From positions 1-61,095 of the IMG/VR virus record IMGVR_UViG_3300046005_000771: a stretch of DNA of 61,095 nucleotides; one strand, written 5' to 3'. Below, piece by piece: positions 17,288 through 24,696 of this stretch. Both the position numbers and the translations under genes were made by a program. The stretch is from a virus. Taxonomy: Duplodnaviria > Caudoviricetes. Below the pieces are notes generated by a model. It did no database searches, was not told the origin of the DNA, and saw only the letters and a list, made by a program, of their open reading frames with translations. Each line of letters opens with the position of its first letter. Within the stretch, counting starts at the first letter, position 1.

Positions 17288-17900
17288 TTTCAATTACCTC
17301 GTTTGCGTCAAATGATGGTTCTACTTCGATCGAACTCTCTACATCGACAGGTTCCATATCAATGATGGTTTGAGGTGGAGCGCCGTAGATGCGTTTAATT
17401 TCCTCAAGCTTACGCATTACTTCGTCTTTACTCATACTATCGATGGTGCCTATACGAACTTCTTTCCTCTCGATGTAGATGGTGCCAAGTGCCTGGCCTC
17501 GACGATATTCAGCCGCTACGGCCGCACCATATGCGCCAGCTTCCAATGCCTTATCCCGTATCAATTGCAAATCCTTCATGTGTCTATCGTAATTGGTGCC
17601 ATACTTTGCATTTATCTCTGCACGATACTCTTGGATGGCGGCCACTACATGTGGGCATATTTCAGGATTGGTCAGCTTCCATGCCGTGACCTTTGCAGAT
17701 TTCTCTGTAAAGCCCGCTCTGATGGCGCACTCTTTCATGGTGACTTGGCCGTCCCCAGATACTAGCTCTTGCACGAACTTCCATTCGCGTCCAGATAGCT
17801 TCTTTTTCTGGCTATACAATGAGCCTACATTACTAGATAGTCTCTTTTGCAATTTATCCCCTAAGATAGGTGGAACATTCCATACGTCTTTCGCGGCCAT
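17157..17900 (-). CDS. terS: Terminase small subunit
   Basis: LSGREWKFVQE...AIRAGFTEKSAKVTAWKL HTH, then helical AAVAAEYRRGQALG. Confidence 0.7.
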   Translation of the reverse strand: MAAKDVWNVPPILGDKLQKRLSSNVGSLYSQKKKLSGREWKFVQELVSGDGQVTMKECAIRAGFTEKSAKVTAWKLTNPEICPHVVAAIQEYRAEINAKYGTNYDRHMKDLQLIRDKALEAGAYGAAVAAEYRRGQALGTIYIERKEVRIGTIDSMSKDEVMRKLEEIKRIYGAPPQTIIDMEPVDVESSIEVEPSFDANEVIENGNKARSRTIQKTEGESTGGAHNEDRIESEPRDTGLPDSAEQD

Positions 17901-18163
17901 TAGCTTACCCTCCGACAAATCCAAACACTATCGTCTTCCATTGTTTGACGCACAGTAAACCTACGCCCCTTTATCCGTTTATAGAATGATTGAAGGGCAT
18001 ACCGTAGATTGGCCGCTTCCGTCATGGTGTGGACTTCGATGTAATCCCCTATGATCATTCCCTTGAACGGATACTTCGCCCTTCCACTTACGCCGTTATA
18101 TCGTATGACATGCTTTCTAGGTGTTATACCTGTCATTCTTACTTCTACGTCTTTCAATGGCAT
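17900..18163 (-). CDS. Small DNA-binding-like protein
   Basis: KYPFKGMIIGD...FTVR...VWICRR; AGAGGGG RBS. Confidence 0.6.
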   Translation of the reverse strand: MPLKDVEVRMTGITPRKHVIRYNGVSGRAKYPFKGMIIGDYIEVHTMTEAANLRYALQSFYKRIKGRRFTVRQTMEDDSVWICRRVS

Positions 18164-18193
18164 TTCTTTGCCCCTCTATTAAAGTATGTAGAT

Positions 18194-18222
18194 AGTATAC
18201 TATGATAAAGTACTGTAATCAA
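18194..18222 (-). promoter_or_regulatory. Sigma70-type promoter for the terS operon
   Basis: Minus strand TTGATT-N17-TATACT. Confidence 0.6.
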
Positions 18223-18237
18223 TAGCAGGCATTTAAT

Positions 18238-18605
18238 CAATTATTCAATCCTATATAGTAGACGTCTTGAAAAAAAAGTGAAAAAAAAAATTAAAGGTCC
18301 TCGCGCGCAACCCCCTAGTAAATTTGCTGTTATTGCCTATTTTTTAATCAACTTTTTAAAATACTCTCTGATAATTCCCTATAAAAACCCCTTTTTTACC
18401 CTTTTTGCCATTACGTCTGTGAACAAAAAGTACCCATTACGCCATTACGTCTGTGATATTTCAACGTAATGGTGTAACGTAATAGATATGTCATTGATAT
18501 TACTAAGTAATCTCGACCATTACGTCTGATTACGGTACTTTTCGTTAAAAAAAAAATCAATTCACTTTTTTTTCAAAACGTCTACTATATAGAATCAAAT
18601 AATTG
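18238..18605. repeat. 45-bp inverted repeat enclosing CATTACG iteron-like repeats; candidate replication origin
   Basis: Arms 18238-18282 and 18561-18605 (4 mismatches); several CCATTACG(TCTG) copies in both orientations; AT-rich. Confidence 0.75.
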
Positions 18606-18771
18606 CTCCGTGGTCCATGATCCGTGCACCTTTCTCCCCTCTCCCCCACCACCCTCCAAGACCCGCGCTCCGTGGCTTTCCAGCCATCCACCCTTTCCCC
18701 TTTCCCCTCAAAAATCCCCTTAAAACTGCCATTACGGCAAATTTTCGATTTTTCCGAAAAAGTACCTACAT

Positions 18772-18795
18772 AAAAAAAAGAGACCCGAAGGTCTC
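18772..18795 (-). terminator. Intrinsic terminator
   Basis: AGAGACC-TTCG-GGTCTCT followed by a T run on the minus strand. Confidence 0.85.
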
Positions 18796-18864
18796 TATAA
18801 AGTCATTCATTTATTTAAGTACGGGATTGAGGTACTTTACTGTTCCATATTTCCAATCTCACAT

Positions 18865-19077
18865 TTAGTGCACGGTATTGTTCAAATAATGCATTAAAGA
18901 TGCGACGACGTGTTTTGCGAGGACAAATTCACCGAATTCTAGGTCTTCGATCACGCCAACCTCTTCGTCATCGGGGACCATAGGAGGGCCGAAAAGGGTA
19001 TAAGTTTGTCCGTCGATGGTAATCCTTACCACCTGCATTAGATGTGCGTCGCCGTTCTTGTCATTATTGTCTGCCAT
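18865..19077 (-). CDS. Hypothetical protein
   Basis: 70 aa ORF ending upstream of the terminator. Confidence 0.55.
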   Translation of the reverse strand: MADNNDKNGDAHLMQVVRITIDGQTYTLFGPPMVPDDEEVGVIEDLEFGEFVLAKHVVASLMHYLNNTVH

Positions 19078-19101
19078 TCCTATATAGTAGTATGTTTTGT
19101 C

Positions 19102-19398
19102 TTATTTGTCCGTACTGTCTTCTACAAATTCCACAAGGGCGTTGATATACCATTGTGCTTTCTTTAAATCCTTGAGTGTATCGTCTTTAAGTCCGGCGCG
19201 GGATAGGTACTTGAGTGCGGATAAGCGTAGGTGCCCCCTGAATTCCTCAGGGGTGGACTTGGCCTCCATGTAATCTATCGTTTCGATCCCTCCGCTGGTG
19301 TAGTGCGGTGGGCTGTTGATAAGGTCTTTTGTTGATGGAGAAGATTTCTTAAGCCACTCTTTCATTTCTTCTGCTGTCATTTCTATTATGTTACTCAT
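19102..19398 (-). CDS. DUF3310-like protein (T7 gp1.7 nucleotide kinase-related family)
   Basis: INSPPHYTSGGIETIDY...ALKYLSRAGLK...DLKKAQWY. Confidence 0.8.
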   Translation of the reverse strand: MSNIIEMTAEEMKEWLKKSSPSTKDLINSPPHYTSGGIETIDYMEAKSTPEEFRGHLRLSALKYLSRAGLKDDTLKDLKKAQWYINALVEFVEDSTDK

Positions 19399-19645
19399 AT
19401 TGCTCCTCTTCCTTGTCTGCTTCTACGGCCGCCGCAAGGTCGACCAGTAATCTGTCCCAAATGGTTTGTTTAAAGTCGTCTGGGTATTCATTCCAGGCCT
19501 TGAAGTATTCGACGTCCGGACGGAAGCCGTAAGCGTCTTTATAAAGGTCGGACAATAGGTCACTGTCGAAGGTATGTGCCATTGATTCCATAACGATATC
19601 TTTTAAGATCGTACGGGTAATACGATTCTCTGAATCACTCATCAT
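19391..19645 (-). CDS. Hypothetical protein
   Basis: SDLYKDAYGFRP motif; GGAGA RBS. Confidence 0.65.
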   Translation of the reverse strand: MMSDSENRITRTILKDIVMESMAHTFDSDLLSDLYKDAYGFRPDVEYFKAWNEYPDDFKQTIWDRLLVDLAAAVEADKEEEQYE

Positions 19646-19652
19646 TGTTCTC

Positions 19653-19871
19653 CTATGAATACGATTCTGCGATCATGTCTTGTTTAAGTATTTCCAGTGC
19701 ACCTAATTTGCGCTCGATGTCTTTATATCCGCTGTAGGATAGTTTAAGGGTGCCGTCTTTGACGCCGATAATGAATACCTCATCAAATCCGTAGTCGATG
19801 GCGGCCTGTAGGCGATCGTTTACAAGGTTCTTTTCACTGGCCGTGGGCAGTGAAGCTAGTTTAATGGCCAT
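19653..19871 (-). CDS. Hypothetical protein
   Basis: 72 aa in operon. Confidence 0.6.
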   Translation of the reverse strand: MAIKLASLPTASEKNLVNDRLQAAIDYGFDEVFIIGVKDGTLKLSYSGYKDIERKLGALEILKQDMIAESYS

Positions 19872-20224
19872 GTGTTCTTTTCCTTTAATGCTTGTTCAAT
19901 AGCTTTGGCAAAGTCATCAACGTACACATTACATTCTGTTCCATATTCACCTTCATCAAACAATTCGTAATCAACGTGCAAGTATTTTAAATGACTTAGT
20001 TCATCATCCGTTAATCCTTGCCATGCTGGTTGTTCTAGCGCATCTTTAAACTCAATATCCCTAGCAATGCGTTCGTCTATGGTATGTTTCCAATCCCTTG
20101 TTAGGGGTTGTTCTAGTGCTTCTCTGCAAAGTTCTTTGTAGTTTTTATCAAGTATGTTGTATTTAAGAACTAAATCCTTATAATTTTTTTGAATTAGGTC
20201 TAGTTTTTCTTTATCTGAAATCAT
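19856..20224 (-). CDS. Modular hypothetical protein with ALEQP repeats
   Basis: REALEQP...KDALEQPAWQGLTDDE...FAKAIEQALKEKN. Confidence 0.65.
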   Translation of the reverse strand: MISDKEKLDLIQKNYKDLVLKYNILDKNYKELCREALEQPLTRDWKHTIDERIARDIEFKDALEQPAWQGLTDDELSHLKYLHVDYELFDEGEYGTECNVYVDDFAKAIEQALKEKNTWPLN

Positions 20225-20394
20225 TTTTTATGCCCTTCTGGATTGACTGGTCTATCAACATTTCTGTACAAATCATAATCAATGTTTGACGTTGGTTGTT
20301 CTAGTGCTTCTTTGCAAGCCTTAACTGCCTTTGTATGGTCTGTTCCATATAGCAACGCTTTAATCGCCATCTTTAATGCTTTGTCTTTAGTCAT
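20221..20394 (-). CDS. Small protein with ALEQP motif (57 aa, not in ORF track)
   Basis: MTKDKALKMAIKAL...ACKEALEQP...; overlaps both neighbouring ORFs. Confidence 0.65.
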   Translation of the reverse strand: MTKDKALKMAIKALLYGTDHTKAVKACKEALEQPTSNIDYDLYRNVDRPVNPEGHKK

Positions 20395-20647
20395 CATCCA
20401 CCTCTAATTTAATTTTGCCTAAGTATGGCCCATATTGTTTAAATGTTATGTTTCCGTTTTCTAGCCAACCATATACATTTATATACTGTGGCTCTTTAGG
20501 CTGTGGTTTAATGCGGTATGCAAAACCATCCCAAAATGGTGTACCTTTTACCTCATACCATCTGCCATTTTTATCTTGTGCTTCAATCTCCGCACCATCA
20601 GCCCATGCTTTAATTTCTTTGTGCCATTTATGTTGCTTAGTCATCAT
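20387..20647 (-). CDS. Conserved phage hypothetical protein
   Basis: HKWHKEIKAWADGAEIE...YRIKP. Confidence 0.7.
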   Translation of the reverse strand: MMTKQHKWHKEIKAWADGAEIEAQDKNGRWYEVKGTPFWDGFAYRIKPQPKEPQYINVYGWLENGNITFKQYGPYLGKIKLEVDDD

Positions 20648-21114
20648 TGTTCTCCTTCAATAGGAAATGAGGCGTGGGCCGTGGTAAACGGACGACGTTA
20701 TTTGAATGAAGTAAGTATTTGCTACCCATTTGCTCCTTGAGCCGTGCAACTTTGCTCTCGCGTAACGCGATAGCGGCATGAAGTTCGGCATCGGGCAATT
20801 GCACACGTGCTAAGTCTATTAGATACATGGTATTTTCCTTTTCTAACTTTCTGATGAACATAATTCGCCCCAATAATCAGGTTTGAGCAACTAGAATACC
20901 ATTATCTATGATTTTGTAAAGCTTTTTCAGCAAAAGTATATGAAACAAGTATACCAAACGACACGCCGAGTAAAAATGCTTCTTTGTAGCACAGGTAATA
21001 ATCGAGGATTTCAGTCATTTTTCACCTTGGTAGGATATTTACCATATTTACCATATTTTGCATATTAATACGATAAATGTTATAAAGAGTCTTTCTGTAA
21101 GGGTATATTCTACT

Positions 21115-21486
21115 ATGCCGATCAAAGATCCGGAAGAACGAAGACTAAAACAACGGCAGTATTCAAGCAAGCACTACCATTCCAACAGGGAAGCGCACAT
21201 CGAGCGCATACGTTTGCAGAAGATTCGTATGCGGGCCGAGTGGGAAGAGTATAAGTCTACCTTGGAGTGCGTGCAGTGTGGACAGAATCATCCGGCCACG
21301 TTGGACTTCCACCATGTTATCAAAGATCCCGCCAATAGAAAGGTAAGTGAATTGACCCAAAACGGGGCATACAAGCTTGCCCGTGCGGAGATCGAGGCGA
21401 AGTGCGTGGTGTTGTGTGCCAGCTGTCACCGGATATGGCACCATGAAGAGCGCCAGATGAAGGAAGGAAGTTTTTTAGAGCGCTAA
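21115..21486 (+). CDS. HNH endonuclease-like protein
   Basis: CVQCG...LDFHH...KCVVLCASCHRIWH zinc/HNH signature. Confidence 0.85.
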   Translation: MPIKDPEERRLKQRQYSSKHYHSNREAHIERIRLQKIRMRAEWEEYKSTLECVQCGQNHPATLDFHHVIKDPANRKVSELTQNGAYKLARAEIEAKCVVLCASCHRIWHHEERQMKEGSFLER

Positions 21487-21611
21487 GTGTAAACCATGGT
21501 ATACAATAGGGCAGTTGTGTTGCCGATAAGTAACAGGTTTTAGTTCAAAACTAAACTAAAAGTGTAGACCTACGCAAATAATTAAACTCAAAAACTGTAT
21601 ATACACACGAT

Positions 21612-21698
21612 GTGTATACAAAACGCCAAAAAATATACACGTTATCAAAACGTGTATACAAAACGCCAAAAAATATACACGTTATCAAAACGTGTATA
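21612..21698. repeat. 40-bp tandem repeat (2 copies plus partial)
   Basis: GTGTATACAAAACGCCAAAAAATATACACGTTATCAAAAC at 21612 and 21652. Confidence 0.92.
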
Positions 21699-21846
21699 AA
21701 ATGTCTAAACAAATGTCTAAACTAATAGTTTAGTTCTGAGTAACATATATGTTACCTTAACCTATTTAAAGCGACTTTTATGAATCACTTTGCAAGATAG
21801 TCGCGACTGTTTTAAAGTCGGCTACGATCGTAGTATTTGTAGCTAC

Positions 21847-21876
21847 AAAAAACCCCGCGTAGTCTCCTAGGCGGGG
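21847..21876 (-). terminator. Intrinsic terminator downstream of pqqA
   Basis: Minus strand CCCCGC-ctaggagactac-GCGGGG-TTTTTT. Confidence 0.8.
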
Positions 21877-21898
21877 TGTGTATATACAATGTATATAC

Positions 21899-21970
21899 TT
21901 ATTTGTTCATTACGTACATTGTCACTTCGAAGCCAAAGCGCATTTCAGTTGCAGCTGGAGTTGTCCACAT
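21899..21970 (-). CDS. pqqA: Pyrroloquinoline quinone precursor peptide PqqA (23 aa, not in ORF track)
   Basis: MWTTPAATEMRFGFEVTMYVMNK with conserved W-x-x-P and E-x-x-x-Y core; AAGGA RBS; own terminator. Confidence 0.95.
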   Translation of the reverse strand: MWTTPAATEMRFGFEVTMYVMNK

Positions 21971-22157
21971 GATGTTAGTCCTTAATATATATTAAGCAAA
22001 AGTGCTTGTGTGTAATAATCCGCCAAATACTACACACAAGCCATACGGATAATCATTAATCGCAAAAAAGTGATACATTACTTAGCCAACTTCTTAGCGT
22101 TCTCTTTCATCTTACTAAGTATCAATAAGAAGCGTAGCTCTTCCATTTCGGCTTCGG

Positions 22158-22376
22158 TCATACACTTCTCCCTATATAAGTTGCCTTAACGTTATCTTTG
22201 AACTGCAAAGTCACAGCGCACTCTTGCCCTTTGTTTCCATTAAAAAGTTTATAAACTCCAAATCCCATAGCAAGAATTGCAATGGTCAGTAGGGTCGCCA
22301 CGATTACTACGGCTCTATCTCCACTACGATCGCACTGGCAATCACGCCCTTGGTTGCACTGTTGGCTACACGGCAT
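22158..22376 (-). CDS. Small membrane protein with N-terminal Cys motif
   Basis: CSQQCNQGRDC followed by a transmembrane helix. Confidence 0.6.
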   Translation of the reverse strand: MPCSQQCNQGRDCQCDRSGDRAVVIVATLLTIAILAMGFGVYKLFNGNKGQECAVTLQFKDNVKATYIGRSV

Positions 22377-22511
22377 CTTCGTTCTCCTTTTCCACAGGTT
22401 TAGGCGTGTCGTCTAGCTTGACTGACCAGTCGATCTCACCGTAATTCTTGTCAAACTTGTCGTTCTCGTTTACTTTAGACTGGATTTTGTCTCCAGTGAT
22501 ATCGTTACGGG

Positions 22512-22769
22512 CTACCATTGCATCTCTCCTATCTCTTCTACACTAAAAGGATCCACCTCTTCGGTACTATCCTCTTTAAGCGTATAGTATTCTTTCAAGG
22601 CGTCCTCGTGCAGGCCCGCGAGCCGTGAGAATTTAAACGCGTACACTTGCGCAAAAGACATCAACAATGAAGCTGGAATCGCTTCTTCTGATTCTGCCAT
22701 AGCACGTAGGTCATCCACGACCATCCAACAATCCATAATGCTTTCTTCCATATCTGTATATACACTCAT
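22512..22769 (-). CDS. Hypothetical protein
   Basis: DMEESIMDCWMVVDDL; AAGGAG RBS. Confidence 0.65.
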   Translation of the reverse strand: MSVYTDMEESIMDCWMVVDDLRAMAESEEAIPASLLMSFAQVYAFKFSRLAGLHEDALKEYYTLKEDSTEEVDPFSVEEIGEMQW

Positions 22770-23154
22770 TTTTTGCTCCTTAAGCTCATTTTGTTCTCCT
22801 TAAAGGTCGTTCGCTATTTCAAGTTCGACGATGTCTATTTCCGTCAACTTGTCATTGGGTAGTTTTACCATTGCAGTAGTAGGGAAGTGACCCACACTAA
22901 TTACTTCAACAACACATTCACCCTTTTGCCACCACATCCATTGATACAAATGATTCATTTTATTTATCTGCATAATTAGTCTCTCTTTCCATTTGCCGCG
23001 TCGCGGGCATCTCGTTCGGCTTCTTTTTGAAACCGTATGTATATATTCTCAATAAGAATTCCAATAGATAGATAGTCAGGATCGTGCATACCTTTAACAA
23101 TGCCCGCCACTGTCTGCCCAAAGGCCTCTGCGTTCTTTTCATCTAGTTTATCCA

Positions 23155-23685
23155 TTACCAATTCCCAAACATAATCATACTGCTACCCATGGCCACGCCC
23201 GAATTGCGGCGGCTTTTCTCTTCCTTCCTCAAGGCAAAGTCCTTTTGAGACCGGCGGCTGTTGTAGTAGATAGTCGTATGTTCATCCACCTTCACGACCA
23301 CAGGGTCTACACGCGATGCTTTTGGCACATGGTCTACGTTATCCGTGGTCCGTGGTCCTTGAGCCGCGCGCTTTTCACGGTTCTTCTTATTCGCATCCGC
23401 ACGAGCCCTGATAGCAGATAGGTCTTTACCTACAAAAGGCCTCTTCCCTATCGTAAAACTGCACATGGATCGCTTGGCTATGCTACACAGGGCATGATCA
23501 TCTGCTATTTTTATGTACTCCTGCTCTAGAAGACCTTTAAGCAGGTTGTGCATTTGCATTTTAGAGATGTCCAGGACATTGCCTAACTCATTACGGGTCA
23601 TGGCCCGTGACTTGAGTATGCTTATGATCTTCACTTTATTCAATTCTGATTCAATGAAGATATCAGTACGTGACTTGGTGACCAT
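23155..23685 (-). CDS. Winged-HTH DNA-binding protein (putative)
   Basis: IISILKSRAMTRNELGNVLDISKMQMHNLLKGL..QEYI; probable start MVTKS. Confidence 0.55.
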   Translation of the reverse strand: MVTKSRTDIFIESELNKVKIISILKSRAMTRNELGNVLDISKMQMHNLLKGLLEQEYIKIADDHALCSIAKRSMCSFTIGKRPFVGKDLSAIRARADANKKNREKRAAQGPRTTDNVDHVPKASRVDPVVVKVDEHTTIYYNSRRSQKDFALRKEEKSRRNSGVAMGSSMIMFGNW

Positions 23686-23947
23686 GTTTTTTCCTTTCCT
23701 TAAGCATTGCATCCGCTTGAATATACGCGAGCTCTGCACAAGTGCTGGCGCTGTAGTTTTCCTGAAACATCAGGCCTACCATTGCGCCTATCGCGAACAA
23801 GTCACGATAGTTTAAATCATCTACATCATCTTTTGGGGTCTTTGCTGTCATGTATCTCTTCTTTTTTATCTTTATGTTGAGGGTCAGGCGTGGCTCCAAT
23901 GCCTGCAAGCCCTATAATTAGTCCGATTAATGCTGATAGGGCGTAAC

Positions 23948-24178
23948 TCATGATGGGTCCTTAGGCTTAAAAAACTCTGCTTCGTTGATGATAGGCTTAG
24001 AAGTGGCTGTTTTAAACCATTCTATTTGCTCATGCAGGCCTTCAAACGAGTCAGACATGATAGAAGCTTCTGAATAGCCGTTAGGATTGCCTTCTTTATC
24101 GTAAAATACCTCTTTTATCTCAAAGTATTCGCCCATTTCTTCATCATTAAAGCGTACTACACGGTGATTCCAGGTCAT
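23948..24178 (-). CDS. Conserved phage protein (WNHRVV...IKEVFY)
   Basis: MTWNHRVV...EIKEVFYD. Confidence 0.7.
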   Translation of the reverse strand: MTWNHRVVRFNDEEMGEYFEIKEVFYDKEGNPNGYSEASIMSDSFEGLHEQIEWFKTATSKPIINEAEFFKPKDPS

Positions 24179-24462
24179 AGTATGTCCTTTGTATTTTTAG
24201 TAAAGAACTTTTGTTTAACTGCAGCTCGTGCAGCCAACACATCGTCTTCAAATTTTAAGATTTGATCGTGATTAAGCGTCTCCGTAATGTTAATACGACG
24301 GATTTTCCCTGTATTTAGATTTCTAAGCTCAATCCAGACCTCTTCGATTTCAATTTGCTCTGGAATGTACTCAAAATCATCGTCAATGGATCCATACATC
24401 TCCGGAAGGACGCTGTAATTAAGTAAAACGTCTTGCAGTATCTCTGATTTAACGACGCCCAT
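24175..24462 (-). CDS. Hypothetical protein
   Basis: 95 aa in operon. Confidence 0.55.
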   Translation of the reverse strand: MGVVKSEILQDVLLNYSVLPEMYGSIDDDFEYIPEQIEIEEVWIELRNLNTGKIRRINITETLNHDQILKFEDDVLAARAAVKQKFFTKNTKDIL

Positions 24463-24631
24463 TAGTCTGCTCCTCTAAAAGTTTATTAAACTCGCGTTCA
24501 ATAAGGTCCATAGCGGCTTGACCGATAGAAACTTCGTAATAATCAGCTAATTCTTTGAGCATTGCGTAAGATTTTGATCGAATGATCAACGTAGCCCATG
24601 CAGTGTCTCTTTGTGATGGCGATTTTGCCAT
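24449..24631 (-). CDS. Small ribbon-helix-helix-like regulator (putative)
   Basis: ATLIIRSKSYAMLKELADYYEVSIGQ; first gene after a promoter. Confidence 0.5.
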   Translation of the reverse strand: MAKSPSQRDTAWATLIIRSKSYAMLKELADYYEVSIGQAAMDLIEREFNKLLEEQTNGRR

Positions 24632-24658
24632 TTACGCTCTCCTTTCTAATGAAAAGAC

Positions 24659-24688
24659 ACTGTATCATAAGCTTTTAAGATTATGCAA
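24659..24688 (-). promoter_or_regulatory. Sigma70-type promoter
   Basis: TTGCAT-N18-TACAGT with extended TGn; downstream TGTCTTTTC also present at the 31646 promoter. Confidence 0.55.
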
Positions 24689-24696
24689 GCACTTTT

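Noticed and set aside
18278-18868. Plus-strand ORFs 18278-18469 and 18617-18868
   Set aside because: They run through homopolymer tracts, iterons and a terminator and have no RBS; probably non-coding.
21612-21698. 40-bp repeat as a mini CRISPR array
   Set aside because: Copies are directly adjacent with no spacers, and no cas operon is present; the Cas4-like gene is an ordinary phage exonuclease.
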